Below are positions 30,437-40,841 of a stretch of 64,000 bases of DNA, piece after piece. The stretch lies in contig JAWLEB010000007.1 of NCBI GenBank assembly GCA_041686375.1, positions 4,302 to 68,301 of the forward strand, given 5' to 3'. The notes beneath the pieces are model-generated. The model ran no database searches and had not been told where the DNA came from. It saw only the letters and a list, made by a program, of their open reading frames with translations. Source of the DNA: Bacteroidales bacterium (GTDB lineage Bacteria > Bacteroidota > Bacteroidia > Bacteroidales > UBA12077). Every line of letters starts with the position of its first letter. Within the stretch, counting starts at the first letter, position 1. Position numbers and translations under genes: made by a program.

Positions 30437-31381
30437 TTATACAATTATACCTTCGAGTAATGCCGCGACTGCTATCAAAAAATCTGTCGCCAGTACTGCA
30501 ATAACATTCATAGCTAAAGCGGGTACCAGTTTTGGGGTATCATTCCCGTATTTGAAAGCTCCTGTAATTGCTTTAAATGCAAAAGGTACCGGGATTAGAG
30601 CAAGCATAAACCATGGTGAAACTATGTTAAAAAGAGCAGCGCCGATGATCGTTCCAAATGTAGCAAACATACCGCCTGCATAGATATAGGCGGCTTTTTT
30701 TCTACCAAGCCAAATGACCAAATGATTTCGTCCTCCTTCTATATCCGCTTCAACATCTGGAAATTCGTTGATAAGAAGCAATAAAGCGGTAAGTATACCT
30801 GGAGGGATAGACATTAACAGAACGTCTTTTGGGAAAAGTTCAATGACAGACATTCCCGGAGATGCAGTCATCACAACATAACTACCCAGCACAACAAATG
30901 TTCCTAAAGTAAGACCTGCAAAAAGTTCACCTAAGCGAATTTTTGCAAGCAAAGTAGTGTAAAATAATATACTGAAAGCTCCTGATATGGACAACAGGAG
31001 TATTATCCAGTGTACTGTAATAGCAAAATAAATTCCAATTATTGCTGGTATTACGAGGGTTAAAACTGCAGTTCGGTATACATTCTTAGCGCTCAGTTTC
31101 CCTGAACTTAAGACGCCACTGCCACCACTAAAAGGTGTGCGATTGGTTTTATTATCTATTCCTGTTTTATTGTCGGAATATTCGTTAAATAAATTTACGG
31201 AGATATGGGACATTACAACTCCAATGACCAATAAAGCAGCCTTTAGAGGATTAAATGACACTTCCGGTGGATGATATTTCCACCCGAATGCTAAGCCAAT
31301 TGCTACAAGTAATACAGCCAGAAGTAAGAATGGTGCCCGCATTTCTGCCAGCCAAAGTTTTATTTTTTCTTTTTTATTCAT
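30437..31381 (-). CDS. UbiA-family prenyltransferase, MenA-like
   Basis: NLFNEYSD...GID, TPFSGGSG and NEFPDVEAD Asp-rich motifs; about 9 TM helices. Confidence 0.85.
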   Translation of the reverse strand: MNKKEKIKLWLAEMRAPFLLLAVLLVAIGLAFGWKYHPPEVSFNPLKAALLVIGVVMSHISVNLFNEYSDNKTGIDNKTNRTPFSGGSGVLSSGKLSAKNVYRTAVLTLVIPAIIGIYFAITVHWIILLLSISGAFSILFYTTLLAKIRLGELFAGLTLGTFVVLGSYVVMTASPGMSVIELFPKDVLLMSIPPGILTALLLLINEFPDVEADIEGGRNHLVIWLGRKKAAYIYAGGMFATFGTIIGAALFNIVSPWFMLALIPVPFAFKAITGAFKYGNDTPKLVPALAMNVIAVLATDFLIAVAALLEGIIV

Positions 31382-31527
31382 CGAGTTAATTTTTGTAATG
31401 TTGCTTCTAGAAGTTATATGCGTTTGTGTTATTTTAAGTAATGTATTCTCCTGCGCATTTTGATTTATTTCAGTTTTTCAAATAATAACAAATTATTTTA
31501 CGATGTGTTTACTTTCCTGACAAAAAA

Positions 31528-32493
31528 TTATGCTAACCGGTGCACATAAACAGGAATCACTTCAATATCTTTGCTTTTCATGTATTTTCTTACGAATGGT
31601 AAGTCATTAGTAAATCCCAGCAGGAAACCGCCTCCACCTGATCCACAAAGTTTAATATAAAAATCGTTGCTTTCAAGTCCTTTCTCCCAAATTTTCCTGA
31701 ATCCTTCAGGTATCATAGGGTTGAAGTGTTTCATCTGGAATTTAGATAATTGTTTAAGCGATTCGAAAAATTTTTTCCCGTCACCTTCTATTATTGTTTG
31801 AATGGCATGATTGGTGTATGAATTTAAAAGGTCTGCGTCAATACCATTATGATTGCTGTATTTTATCTTTTCCATGAAAATATTGACTAATGGTTCTGTT
31901 TTTCCTTGTTGCCCTGTATTGATTAAAAATACTGCAAACTCAGGCATTAAAGAGGGAAGGTTGATGCTAACAGGTTCTAAAAACTTGGTTTCGCTGACCA
32001 ACAAAGGGCGTTTGAGATAAGAATTTAACGGATCAATACCGCTGCTTGTTCCATGATAGAATGATTCCAGCACAGCAAACTGATCTTTTAATTTAGTCAG
32101 GACATCTGTATTGTTCAGGCTATTGTTATTTTTCCCATCGGCATATTTTTGGTAAAGGGCAGCAACAAGAGCTCCGGAGCTTCCTATGCCATATCCTTCG
32201 GGTATTGTAGATTCAAAATACAGCCCTTTTTTTAAATCGGTGGAAAATGCTTCTATATCAAAATTTACAGGGAGTTGATTTTGTTTTTTGAGCTTTCTTA
32301 AATAACCAAGATAATTGTATAAGCTGAGGTTTGACTGGCGGGCAAAATCATAATCAGTATAATTGTCCTGATAAATGAACTTTAATTCCCCGTTGAAATG
32401 GCTGTAAGGAATGGTTAAAGCCATACTGTTGTTAATAATGGAATATTCCCCAAACAACATTATTTTCGCATAGAAAATATTGCCGCTAGACAT
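31528..32493 (-). CDS. GHMP kinase of the mevalonate pathway (mevalonate-kinase-like)
   Basis: KIMLFGEY, PEGYGIGSSGA, HGTSSGID and KLCGSGGGG motifs; inside the mevalonate cluster. Confidence 0.85.
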   Translation of the reverse strand: MSSGNIFYAKIMLFGEYSIINNSMALTIPYSHFNGELKFIYQDNYTDYDFARQSNLSLYNYLGYLRKLKKQNQLPVNFDIEAFSTDLKKGLYFESTIPEGYGIGSSGALVAALYQKYADGKNNNSLNNTDVLTKLKDQFAVLESFYHGTSSGIDPLNSYLKRPLLVSETKFLEPVSINLPSLMPEFAVFLINTGQQGKTEPLVNIFMEKIKYSNHNGIDADLLNSYTNHAIQTIIEGDGKKFFESLKQLSKFQMKHFNPMIPEGFRKIWEKGLESNDFYIKLCGSGGGGFLLGFTNDLPFVRKYMKSKDIEVIPVYVHRLA

Positions 32494-32519
32494 TATGATT
32501 GTTATTTTTCATGAAACTT

Positions 32520-33638
32520 TTAATGATTATCTATTCGATGTGGTCCTTCTCCCGTGAAATCGTGAATGACCCTACCATTTTCACAATATTGTACTAATGC
32601 TTCATTGATAAACGCCCTGACTTTTTCTTTTGCATCTAGAGGATATATTATATGGACATTAGGTCCGGCATCAAGCGTAAAAGTAACAGGAAGCTTTTGT
32701 TCTTTACGCTGTTTTTGTACCTTTTCAATAATCTCTTTGGTTTCTTTTTCCATGAGGATATAACCGGGATTTGAAGACATCATCAATCCATGCAGCGTCA
32801 GGGCTTCATTTTCCACAATATTTGCAAATTTATTAAAGTTGCCCTCTTTGATTGCTATACGTATCTTGTCTAGATTGTATATTGCCTGGTCAACTCTTGC
32901 TTCTCTGAAAGGATGGTTGTTCATTCTTAAATGTCCCTCAGAGCTGGAATTTTTTTTCTCTTTGGAAGATACTAACAAAATGGAATCCTGCATTGTTTCA
33001 AATATATTACTAATCCTGTGTCCAAAGGGATGAGCAAATTCATCAGATCCATAATCATGTTCACCCCATTCAACTAAATTTCCGTATACTGAACGGCTTG
33101 CGCTGCCCGAGCCAATCCTTGCCATATAAGAGGCCTTTTGATAAAATCTTTCCGGGCTGTATTCCTCCCTTCTAAGGTTATTTTCTATGCTACATAAACA
33201 CAGAGCAAGTGAGCTATATGCTGATGCAGATGAGGCCAAACCTGATGAATGTGGAAAATTGTTGTTGGTTTCGATGTATATATCCATATAAGCTAGAAAA
33301 GGAAAATATTTTCCAATCTGTTTTATATATTTTTTAACCCTTTTGCCAAAAGGATGTTCATCATCATTCCCAAAGCGAAACAGGACAGCTCCGGTTTCAT
33401 GTTTACTTTTTCTATAGTGAATTTCCGTTCTGGTATATAAGTTGCTTAATGTTAAACTCAAGGACGGATTCAGGGGTAATTGGTCGCCTTTTTTGCCCCA
33501 GTATTTGATTAGAGCAATATTAGCAGGCGCTTCCCATGCAACTAATCTGGGAATTTCAGAAATGTTTTCTTTCCCTGTATTCAGTATCTCATCCCTGTAT
33601 TTCTTGTCTAACATGGTTTTATGACTTAATAATTTCAT
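32520..33638 (-). CDS. mvaD: Diphosphomevalonate decarboxylase
   Basis: ANIALIKYWGK, GLASSAS, GSGSASRS and TLDAGPNVH motifs; the start may be 33614. Confidence 0.92.
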   Translation of the reverse strand: MKLLSHKTMLDKKYRDEILNTGKENISEIPRLVAWEAPANIALIKYWGKKGDQLPLNPSLSLTLSNLYTRTEIHYRKSKHETGAVLFRFGNDDEHPFGKRVKKYIKQIGKYFPFLAYMDIYIETNNNFPHSSGLASSASAYSSLALCLCSIENNLRREEYSPERFYQKASYMARIGSGSASRSVYGNLVEWGEHDYGSDEFAHPFGHRISNIFETMQDSILLVSSKEKKNSSSEGHLRMNNHPFREARVDQAIYNLDKIRIAIKEGNFNKFANIVENEALTLHGLMMSSNPGYILMEKETKEIIEKVQKQRKEQKLPVTFTLDAGPNVHIIYPLDAKEKVRAFINEALVQYCENGRVIHDFTGEGPHRIDNH

Positions 33639-34530
33639 CCCACTGGAAAAATATACTTAAGTTATGACGTTCTAAATACTGTTTTAGTTCATTTTTACTT
33701 TTTCTCCATGACAACATTATGAAATCACCCCCCCAGGCACCCAGCCACTTGGCTTTGCCAGGGAAATTGCCCAGTATAGCTTCCCTTGCTTTTTGTTTCA
33801 TTAATAATTTGGACAACAGGGTTTCATGTCTATCTATCTGTACATCAAATTCTTCTATCAATTCACTTTGAAGAATTTTTGTATTAATATCTTTTAATTC
33901 ATTAATGTGTTGTTTTAAAGGAAAATTTTTCCGAAGAAAAGATCTTGCTTCACTTTTTGAATCTTGCTTTTTACCTGTATAAACAAAATAAATATTTTCT
34001 CTGAAAAAGGGGAGCCAGTCAATTTTCTTATATTCCGGTACTCCTGATTGGTTATGGTATAATATTGGCTTATTGCTTTCGGCACAAGCAATATCATATC
34101 CTGAACTTCCTGTTAAGTCCGTATTTAGTTTGAAAGGATCAATATGCAGGCATTTGGCCAGATTGTTTATTAATGTAGAGCTACTTCCCAGACCCCAATG
34201 CAGAGGGAAATCGAGATATGTTTGTATCAGAAGACCGTTTTTTATTGAGATTGAAGTTTGAGAGAATGCTGTTACCATTAAATTTTTGAGGTAATCTGCT
34301 ATATTTTTATCTGTGTATTCAATTATTTCAAAATTGTCAGCAGAAAAACTCCCTTGGAAAATCTTTTTTTGTTGATATGTGGTTTCCCAAATGATTTTGT
34401 TGTCGGGGATGCTATCAATTTTCATATATTGTCCTGTTTTTAAAGGCAGGGCGATAGCCTCACCTCCTTGTAGAACAAGATATTCACCGGTTAGCAAAAG
34501 CTTCCCATTTGAAAAGTATTCACACTTCAT
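33619..34530 (-). CDS. GYDIA-type GHMP kinase (second mevalonate-pathway kinase)
   Basis: GKLLLTGEY, WGLGSSST, SGYDIACA and LGAWGGDF motifs. Confidence 0.85.
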   Translation of the reverse strand: MKCEYFSNGKLLLTGEYLVLQGGEAIALPLKTGQYMKIDSIPDNKIIWETTYQQKKIFQGSFSADNFEIIEYTDKNIADYLKNLMVTAFSQTSISIKNGLLIQTYLDFPLHWGLGSSSTLINNLAKCLHIDPFKLNTDLTGSSGYDIACAESNKPILYHNQSGVPEYKKIDWLPFFRENIYFVYTGKKQDSKSEARSFLRKNFPLKQHINELKDINTKILQSELIEEFDVQIDRHETLLSKLLMKQKAREAILGNFPGKAKWLGAWGGDFIMLSWRKSKNELKQYLERHNLSIFFQWDEIIKS

Positions 34531-35822
34531 GTAATGCTGTTAATATAACTTTCTATATCCCTGTATGAAAAAGGTTTGTTTTGAAAATGCTTTCTCACTT
34601 TTACTTTCTTTTCTTCCTGTATATTGAAGTTCATCAATATATTTTCGAGGTGCAGCTTCATATGTCCTTTCTGTATTCCTGTTGTTATCAGCGACTTTAT
34701 AGCTCCAAAATTATTGGCCAATCCGGCTGCGGCTATAATTTTCATAAGCTCTTTAGCGGACGGGTTGTGTAAAATTTCCAGGGATTGTTTGGCGAGTGGG
34801 TGCAAGTTTGTAAGGCCGCCTACAGAGCCAACAGATAGGGGGATGGATAAGCAGTATGTAAACAATTCATTTGACAGGTTGCATTCCGTCAAAGAGGTAT
34901 AATTTCCCTCTTGTACAGCATAAGCATGGGCTGCACCTTCTACTGCTCTGTAATCGTTTCCCGTGGCCATAACTACTGAATCAATGCCGTTCATTATTCC
35001 TTTGTTATGCGTTACAGCCCTGGAGATATTCTTTTTGGATATTTCTACTGCATTGCAAAATTTTCTGGCAAATTGTTCTCCCTTCATATTTTCATCCACA
35101 TCATCCAGCATAGAAATGGGGCATTCTACTTTCATAGTAATTTTTGAATCCGGGGTATGATTGGAAAGTATCGCCATATTTATTTCCAGGTTATTTCTGT
35201 GGTTCGGGCTTAGTGACTCCTGTAAATATTGAGCAGCTTTTTCCAGGAGGGAGTTAATGAAATTAGCACCCATAGAATCAGCCGTTTCTATGGTAAAATC
35301 CAGCTCAAAATAGTGGGGTATATCAGAAGTTCTGTCATTGAGCTGAATTGATTTAATGCCGCCGCCTCTTTCCTCCATGCGGCTTGTGAAGTAACGTAAA
35401 CTTTCTTTTAATTCGGGAAGTAGTCTTTGGACAATAGTTTTAATTTCCTGATTATTTCCGTACCAGAAGAAATGAATCTGTCCTTTTTTACTAACAGAAA
35501 TGGATTCTGTTTGAAAACCACCCCTGAAATACCAGAATTTCGCACTCTTTGCTGCTGCCGCAACCACAGAGCTTTCTTCTATCACCATTGGTATGTGATA
35601 CACTTTCCCGTCGACTAAAAAATTCGGGGCAATGCCGTACGGTAAATGATAATTGGCTATTGTATTTTCGCTGAAGCTTTCGAGCTTTTGTTGTTCTACT
35701 GAACTTCGGTAACGGCTTTGAGTCAAAGCCTGTGTAAAATATTCAGGTTTTTCTGTAATGGCACCTATTAAGGCTACCTTGCTGTCCCTGTTATATTTAC
35801 TGAATCTTTCTATGAAATGCAT
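34527..35822 (-). CDS. mvaA: Hydroxymethylglutaryl-CoA reductase, class II
   Basis: EESSVVAA, DSMGAN, RAVTHNKGIMNGI and GIQKGHMKLH motifs. Confidence 0.93.
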   Translation of the reverse strand: MHFIERFSKYNRDSKVALIGAITEKPEYFTQALTQSRYRSSVEQQKLESFSENTIANYHLPYGIAPNFLVDGKVYHIPMVIEESSVVAAAAKSAKFWYFRGGFQTESISVSKKGQIHFFWYGNNQEIKTIVQRLLPELKESLRYFTSRMEERGGGIKSIQLNDRTSDIPHYFELDFTIETADSMGANFINSLLEKAAQYLQESLSPNHRNNLEINMAILSNHTPDSKITMKVECPISMLDDVDENMKGEQFARKFCNAVEISKKNISRAVTHNKGIMNGIDSVVMATGNDYRAVEGAAHAYAVQEGNYTSLTECNLSNELFTYCLSIPLSVGSVGGLTNLHPLAKQSLEILHNPSAKELMKIIAAAGLANNFGAIKSLITTGIQKGHMKLHLENILMNFNIQEEKKVKVRKHFQNKPFSYRDIESYINSIT

Positions 35823-35838
35823 TTTTTAAATTATATTG

Positions 35839-36831
35839 TTAAACAACTTTCAGATATGTGTATGCTGTTTTAAGTCCCTGAGCTTGGGCAGATAAGAAAA
35901 ATCTGAGTTTTTCGTAGTCTTCCACAGCATATTCAAGTAAAGCTGATGCCATCCCATACATTGCTGTCGCTTTGCTTTTATTGATTAAGTAATATCCGTC
36001 AAGGAAATTTTTTATTCCACCTGAGATTATAAGGTTTGGAGTATTTTTAATCTTTGTATTCGTAATCAGCTCATTAAGAGTAAAGGTCATCTCTTCTGCA
36101 GTATGTCCTACGAAAGTTAGGGGTTCTAAGTGTGCAGTGGTTTCTGAGCTGTTTCTCCTTAGTTCTACCTTTGCGAAATTTGTGCCTCCCAAAGCTCCAA
36201 ATTCTATAGCGGTCAGCGGAATTTTTAAAAGCTGACTCAGACTTTCCCTTCCCATTCCTTGTCCTACTTCCTTAACAATAACATTGCCGGAAAAATTATT
36301 TACAAACTCCCTGATAGTTTCTATAGGCGGCATTGTAATTCTGTCTCCTTCGGGTTGCATCATTTCCTGTATTGGGTTGACATGTATAACTAATCCGTCT
36401 GTATCGAGTAAGTTGACTAAATCTGTAATGGTTTTGAGGTCATCTTTTTTAAGGAAATGTTCCACTTGCGCAATACCCATGTTTGCATAGAAAGGACGTT
36501 CGTTGCCAATAATATGCCTTAAATTAAAATCAGGCAGGGCTTTTTCATTTTTTAACAGTATACTGCAGGAACCTAACCCCATGCCTAAACCAAATTCAGC
36601 AGCAGCCCTAGCAAGGTGGTGATTGATAGTACCACCCAATTTTGTACCTCCCGTCATGCTGGATATCCAGATTGGCAATTTCATTTCCTTCCCTCCAATT
36701 GAGACAGGAGGTATCTCCTGATCTCGACTTCCCTGAAGAAACGGTTCGTAGCGAAACCGTTCGTCTTTTTGAGAAGCATAAACCTGATTTGTCAGGGCCA
36801 GTGACAAGTGATCTGCTTTTCGGTTTTCCAT
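35839..36831 (-). CDS. fni: Type 2 isopentenyl-diphosphate delta-isomerase (FMN-dependent)
   Basis: RKADHL, SMTGG, HVNPIQE, VKEVGQG and GGTNF motifs. Confidence 0.92.
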   Translation of the reverse strand: MENRKADHLSLALTNQVYASQKDERFRYEPFLQGSRDQEIPPVSIGGKEMKLPIWISSMTGGTKLGGTINHHLARAAAEFGLGMGLGSCSILLKNEKALPDFNLRHIIGNERPFYANMGIAQVEHFLKKDDLKTITDLVNLLDTDGLVIHVNPIQEMMQPEGDRITMPPIETIREFVNNFSGNVIVKEVGQGMGRESLSQLLKIPLTAIEFGALGGTNFAKVELRRNSSETTAHLEPLTFVGHTAEEMTFTLNELITNTKIKNTPNLIISGGIKNFLDGYYLINKSKATAMYGMASALLEYAVEDYEKLRFFLSAQAQGLKTAYTYLKVV

Positions 36832-36882
36832 GTGAATATTACTTTGTTTTAAATATAAGGAAAAAAATAAAACATCAATTCA

Positions 36883-38028
36883 TTAAATGCCTATTTTACG
36901 GGATATAACCATTTTCAGGATTTCTGATGTTCCTTCTCCTATTTGCAGGATTCTTTGGTCTCTGTAAAATCGTTCTATATCGTATTCCTGAAGGAAACCG
37001 TACCCCCCGAAAATTTGTACAGCCTCATCGGCTATTTCCTTTGCTATTTCAGATGTATACAATTTTGCCATAGCTGCTTCTTTGCTAAATTCCTGTCTGT
37101 TTATTTTTAACCAAACTGCATGATAAAGCATATTTTTAGCAGCTTCTATTTTTGTGGCCATTTCTGCTAATTTGAAGGCTATGCTTTGAAATTTACTTAT
37201 CGGTTTACTGAACTGCACACGTTGTTTAGCATAATCTCTCGCCATTTCAAAGGCACCTATTGCTAACCCCAGTCCCATTGCTCCAACAGTCAGTCTACCC
37301 GAATCAAGCGTTTGCAGCATGATTTTGTGCCCTTTCCCTTCTTCACCTAATAAATTTTCTTTAGGAACCTTCACATTGTTAAAAATCAGTTCACCCGTAT
37401 CTGCGGCTCTCCAAACCATTTTATTCCGTATAGGTTTACGAATATAACCTTTTCTGTGTGATTCAACAATTATGGTAGAGTGTTTATTCCTGGATCCTTC
37501 TTTACTTGTTATGGCCTGCACAGTGACACCAGCAGACATTTTTGAGGATGAATTTGATATAAACATTTTAGAACCTTTGATATGCCAATAGCCATTTTTT
37601 AATTGTGCTGTTGTCCTTGTAGATCCACTGTCAGAACCCGCATCCTTTTCGGTAAGCCCGAAGGCCCATGTATTTTCTCCTGAAGTCAGGGGGGGCAAGT
37701 ATCTGAATTTTTGTTTTTCTGTTCCGTATGTTGCTATGGGGCCTATACCTAATGAATTCACTGCAGCAACAGTAGCTGCCTGGGAGCCATCTATCCTTGC
37801 TATCTCCTCTACAGCTATTATCAGTGCCATATAGTCCATACCTTGTCCACCGTATTGTTTTGGTATTGCAATGCCGAATAGACCTTTCTTTCCCATTTTT
37901 TTTGTTAGTTCAGGAGAAAATCGTTCTTCCCGATCCAATTTTCTGGCTTCTGGTTTAATTTCTTCTTCAGCAAATTTTCTGATTTCCTGTCTTAATTTGT
38001 CATGTTTTTCTGATGTGTATAATTGCAT
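36883..38028 (-). CDS. Acyl-CoA dehydrogenase (likely isovaleryl-CoA/short branched-chain, by context)
   Basis: FGLTEKDAGSD, GSKMFISN, QIFGGYG and IGEGTSEI motifs. Confidence 0.88.
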   Translation of the reverse strand: MQLYTSEKHDKLRQEIRKFAEEEIKPEARKLDREERFSPELTKKMGKKGLFGIAIPKQYGGQGMDYMALIIAVEEIARIDGSQAATVAAVNSLGIGPIATYGTEKQKFRYLPPLTSGENTWAFGLTEKDAGSDSGSTRTTAQLKNGYWHIKGSKMFISNSSSKMSAGVTVQAITSKEGSRNKHSTIIVESHRKGYIRKPIRNKMVWRAADTGELIFNNVKVPKENLLGEEGKGHKIMLQTLDSGRLTVGAMGLGLAIGAFEMARDYAKQRVQFSKPISKFQSIAFKLAEMATKIEAAKNMLYHAVWLKINRQEFSKEAAMAKLYTSEIAKEIADEAVQIFGGYGFLQEYDIERFYRDQRILQIGEGTSEILKMVISRKIGI

Positions 38029-38047
38029 ATTCTTTTTATTTGCATCT

Positions 38048-40039
38048 TCAGTGAATAATTGTTTCTATGAGTATCTGACCGTCTTTTACCTGGTCTCCCT
38101 TCTTAACAGCAATATTTTTTATAATCCCGTCACTGTGGGCAATAATGTTATTTTCCATTTTCATGGCTTCAAGCACAAGTAATTTTTGTCCTTTTTTTAC
38201 TTTCATGTTATTTGCTACATTTATTTCTATCACTTTTCCAAACATAGGCGATTTTATTGATTCATGTCCATTATTGCTTTTAAGATTTTCTTGTTTGTTG
38301 TTTATAATATGTTGAAAATCTTCATGTTTCAAGAAATATGTAAAACCCTCAATTGTTACTTCTGTCCAATGATCATCCCTAAAATAATAGTAAACTCTTT
38401 TTCGCTGGTTATCAATCAGGATAGTAAGATAACCGGGATTCTTTTCTATTAGATTTGCTAAGTGTTTTTTCTTTCCTATTTGAAATATCAGTTCCCCTGG
38501 CTTCTTAGTAAATTTAACATCTATTTCTTCCTCTTTCAGTTTAATGCGCCATTTCATAAGGTGACGCCAGTAACCAATATGTTGAAAAGCCTGTTCAATT
38601 GAATTTTCAGGATTTTGATTGATAGTATGAATAAAAATATAGGACGCAATGATAATCCCTCTGTCAATGGCTGACTGTTTGCTTTTGGTTTGTGTCACTA
38701 GCTGAGGATTATATTGATCTATATAATTTGTGGAAATATTGTTTTTCAAAAATGCATTACTTGTGATAATTTCCCTGATATATAGAATATTATGTCTGAT
38801 TCCTGAAATTATGAAGTGTCGTAGTTCATTAGCAAGAACAGATATTGCATTTTCCCTGTAATTCTTCCATAATATTGCTTTAGCAATCATTGGATCATAA
38901 TCAGGAGGAATAATGTCTCCTGTCTGGATTCCTGTTTCTATTCTTATATTGGAAGTTTGAGGTATTATTAAATTTTGAATTTTCCCGGGAGAAGGCGTGA
39001 AATTATTTTCAGGATCTTCAGCATAAATTCTTGCCTCAATGGCATGTCCTGTCTTCTGGATCTGAGACTGATTCCATCTCAGCACCTGGTGTTGAGCTAT
39101 GCGGATTTGCTCTTCGACTATATCTTTTCCTGTAATCATCTCTGTTACTGGATGTTCTACCTGAATCCTTGTGTTCATCTCAAGAAAAAAGAAGTTGTCT
39201 TCATTATCTACCATGAATTCAATCGTTCCAGCATTTGAATAGTCTATAGCCTCGGCTATTTGAAGAGCTGCATTGGTCAATTTTTTTCTTAGTTTTTCAT
39301 TCACGGAAGGAGAGGGGGCTTCTTCTATAATTTTCTGATGTCTTCGTTGAACACTACACTCTCGTTCAAATAAATGAATATAATTTCCAAAATGGTCACC
39401 GAGTAATTGTATTTCAATATGACGCGGATTTTCAATATATTTTTCCACATATACATCATTGTTTCCGAAATAATTGTTTGCCTCTCTTGCTGTCTGGATA
39501 ATGTCTTTTTTTAAACCGGAAGGATCTCTGACTATTCGCATTCCTTTGCCACCTCCACCTGCTGCGGCTTTTACCATTACCGGAAATTCTGATTCAGATA
39601 CTTGAGCAACTATTTCATCCGGACTACCTGTATACATTTCTAAAATGGGTATATTCAAAGCTGAGACAAATTTTCCAGCCTGAATTTTATTACCCATGGT
39701 TTGTATAGCCTTAACACCGGGTCCAATGAATACAATATTGTTTTCATTGCATTGAGTGGCAAAGTCTGCATTTTCTGATAAAAATCCGTATCCGGGATGA
39801 ATGGCATCTATCTCGTTCTTAATGGCAATTTGTACTATTTTGTTAATGTTTAGGTAGGTTTCGGCCAGGCTGCCACTTCCCAAAAAATATGCCTCATCTG
39901 CGAGCTTTACATGCAGAGCATGATTGTCCTGCTCTGTATAGATAGCAACGGTCCGCACACCCATTTTTCTGGCTGTCCGGATAATTCTTATGGCTATTTC
40001 ACCTCTGTTTGCAATCAGTACTTTTGAAAAAGTTTTCAT
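38048..40039 (-). CDS. 3-methylcrotonyl-CoA carboxylase alpha subunit (biotin carboxylase + BCCP; LiuD-like)
   Basis: ANRGEIA, HPGYGFLSEN, GGGGKGMR, EMNTRIQVEH and C-terminal biotinylation motif EAMKM. Confidence 0.88.
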   Translation of the reverse strand: MKTFSKVLIANRGEIAIRIIRTARKMGVRTVAIYTEQDNHALHVKLADEAYFLGSGSLAETYLNINKIVQIAIKNEIDAIHPGYGFLSENADFATQCNENNIVFIGPGVKAIQTMGNKIQAGKFVSALNIPILEMYTGSPDEIVAQVSESEFPVMVKAAAGGGGKGMRIVRDPSGLKKDIIQTAREANNYFGNNDVYVEKYIENPRHIEIQLLGDHFGNYIHLFERECSVQRRHQKIIEEAPSPSVNEKLRKKLTNAALQIAEAIDYSNAGTIEFMVDNEDNFFFLEMNTRIQVEHPVTEMITGKDIVEEQIRIAQHQVLRWNQSQIQKTGHAIEARIYAEDPENNFTPSPGKIQNLIIPQTSNIRIETGIQTGDIIPPDYDPMIAKAILWKNYRENAISVLANELRHFIISGIRHNILYIREIITSNAFLKNNISTNYIDQYNPQLVTQTKSKQSAIDRGIIIASYIFIHTINQNPENSIEQAFQHIGYWRHLMKWRIKLKEEEIDVKFTKKPGELIFQIGKKKHLANLIEKNPGYLTILIDNQRKRVYYYFRDDHWTEVTIEGFTYFLKHEDFQHIINNKQENLKSNNGHESIKSPMFGKVIEINVANNMKVKKGQKLLVLEAMKMENNIIAHSDGIIKNIAVKKGDQVKDGQILIETIIH

Positions 40040-40815
40040 TCTGGTTTTCTTTTTTCCAGGAATGATTTCATTCCTTCTTGTCCTTCCTTACTAATTCTGG
40101 CTTTTGAGATCAAATCTATTGTTTTTGTCTTTATTCCTTCATAGTCAGGTTGTTTTGTTATGGTGTTAATGAGTTGTTTAGTCTGTATCACTGATTTTTG
40201 ACTATTATTATTTACTTCATTTAATACCAATTCTAATTGATTTTCAATTTCTTTTGTTTCTCCGGCATAATTTACCAGTCCTATGCGAAGGGCATCTTTT
40301 GAATTGAATGATTGCCCTGTTAGCATATAATATTTTGCAGAAAATTCTCCCATGCGTTTAATTATAAAAGGTGCGATTGTTGCAGGAATAAGTCCGAGCT
40401 TTACTTCAGAAAAGCTGAATCTTGATTTTTTTTCAGCAAAAACTATATCCGATGCTGCCAGCAGCCCGTTTGCCCCGCCAATACAAGCACCATGAACTAC
40501 TGAAATGGTAAGACATGGCAGGTTGTATAACTTTTCGAATAACTCATATAGTTTCCTGCTCCCATCATAGTTTTCTGCATACGTATTGTTAATGCTGGTT
40601 TTCATCCAGTTTAGATCAGCACCCGCACTAAAGTCATTACCATTGCCCTGGATAATTATTGCTTTAACACTTTCAGATTTTTTTATTTTGTCGAATAGCT
40701 CATGCAATTCCTCTATCATTGTTTCATTAAGCGCATTACGAACTTCAGGACGATTGAAGGTAATTGTCCCGGTTTGTTTTTCATCTTTATATTCGATGGT
40801 TCCAAAATGATTCAT
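40036..40815 (-). CDS. Enoyl-CoA hydratase family, methylglutaconyl-CoA hydratase (LiuC-like)
   Basis: NRPEVRNALN, FSAGADLNWM, SEVKLGLIPATIAP and EGQEGMKSFLEKR motifs; lies between the MCC subunits. Confidence 0.88.
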   Translation of the reverse strand: MNHFGTIEYKDEKQTGTITFNRPEVRNALNETMIEELHELFDKIKKSESVKAIIIQGNGNDFSAGADLNWMKTSINNTYAENYDGSRKLYELFEKLYNLPCLTISVVHGACIGGANGLLAASDIVFAEKKSRFSFSEVKLGLIPATIAPFIIKRMGEFSAKYYMLTGQSFNSKDALRIGLVNYAGETKEIENQLELVLNEVNNNSQKSVIQTKQLINTITKQPDYEGIKTKTIDLISKARISKEGQEGMKSFLEKRKPE

Positions 40816-40841
40816 AATTCGTGGTTTTGATTGTTTTTTTG

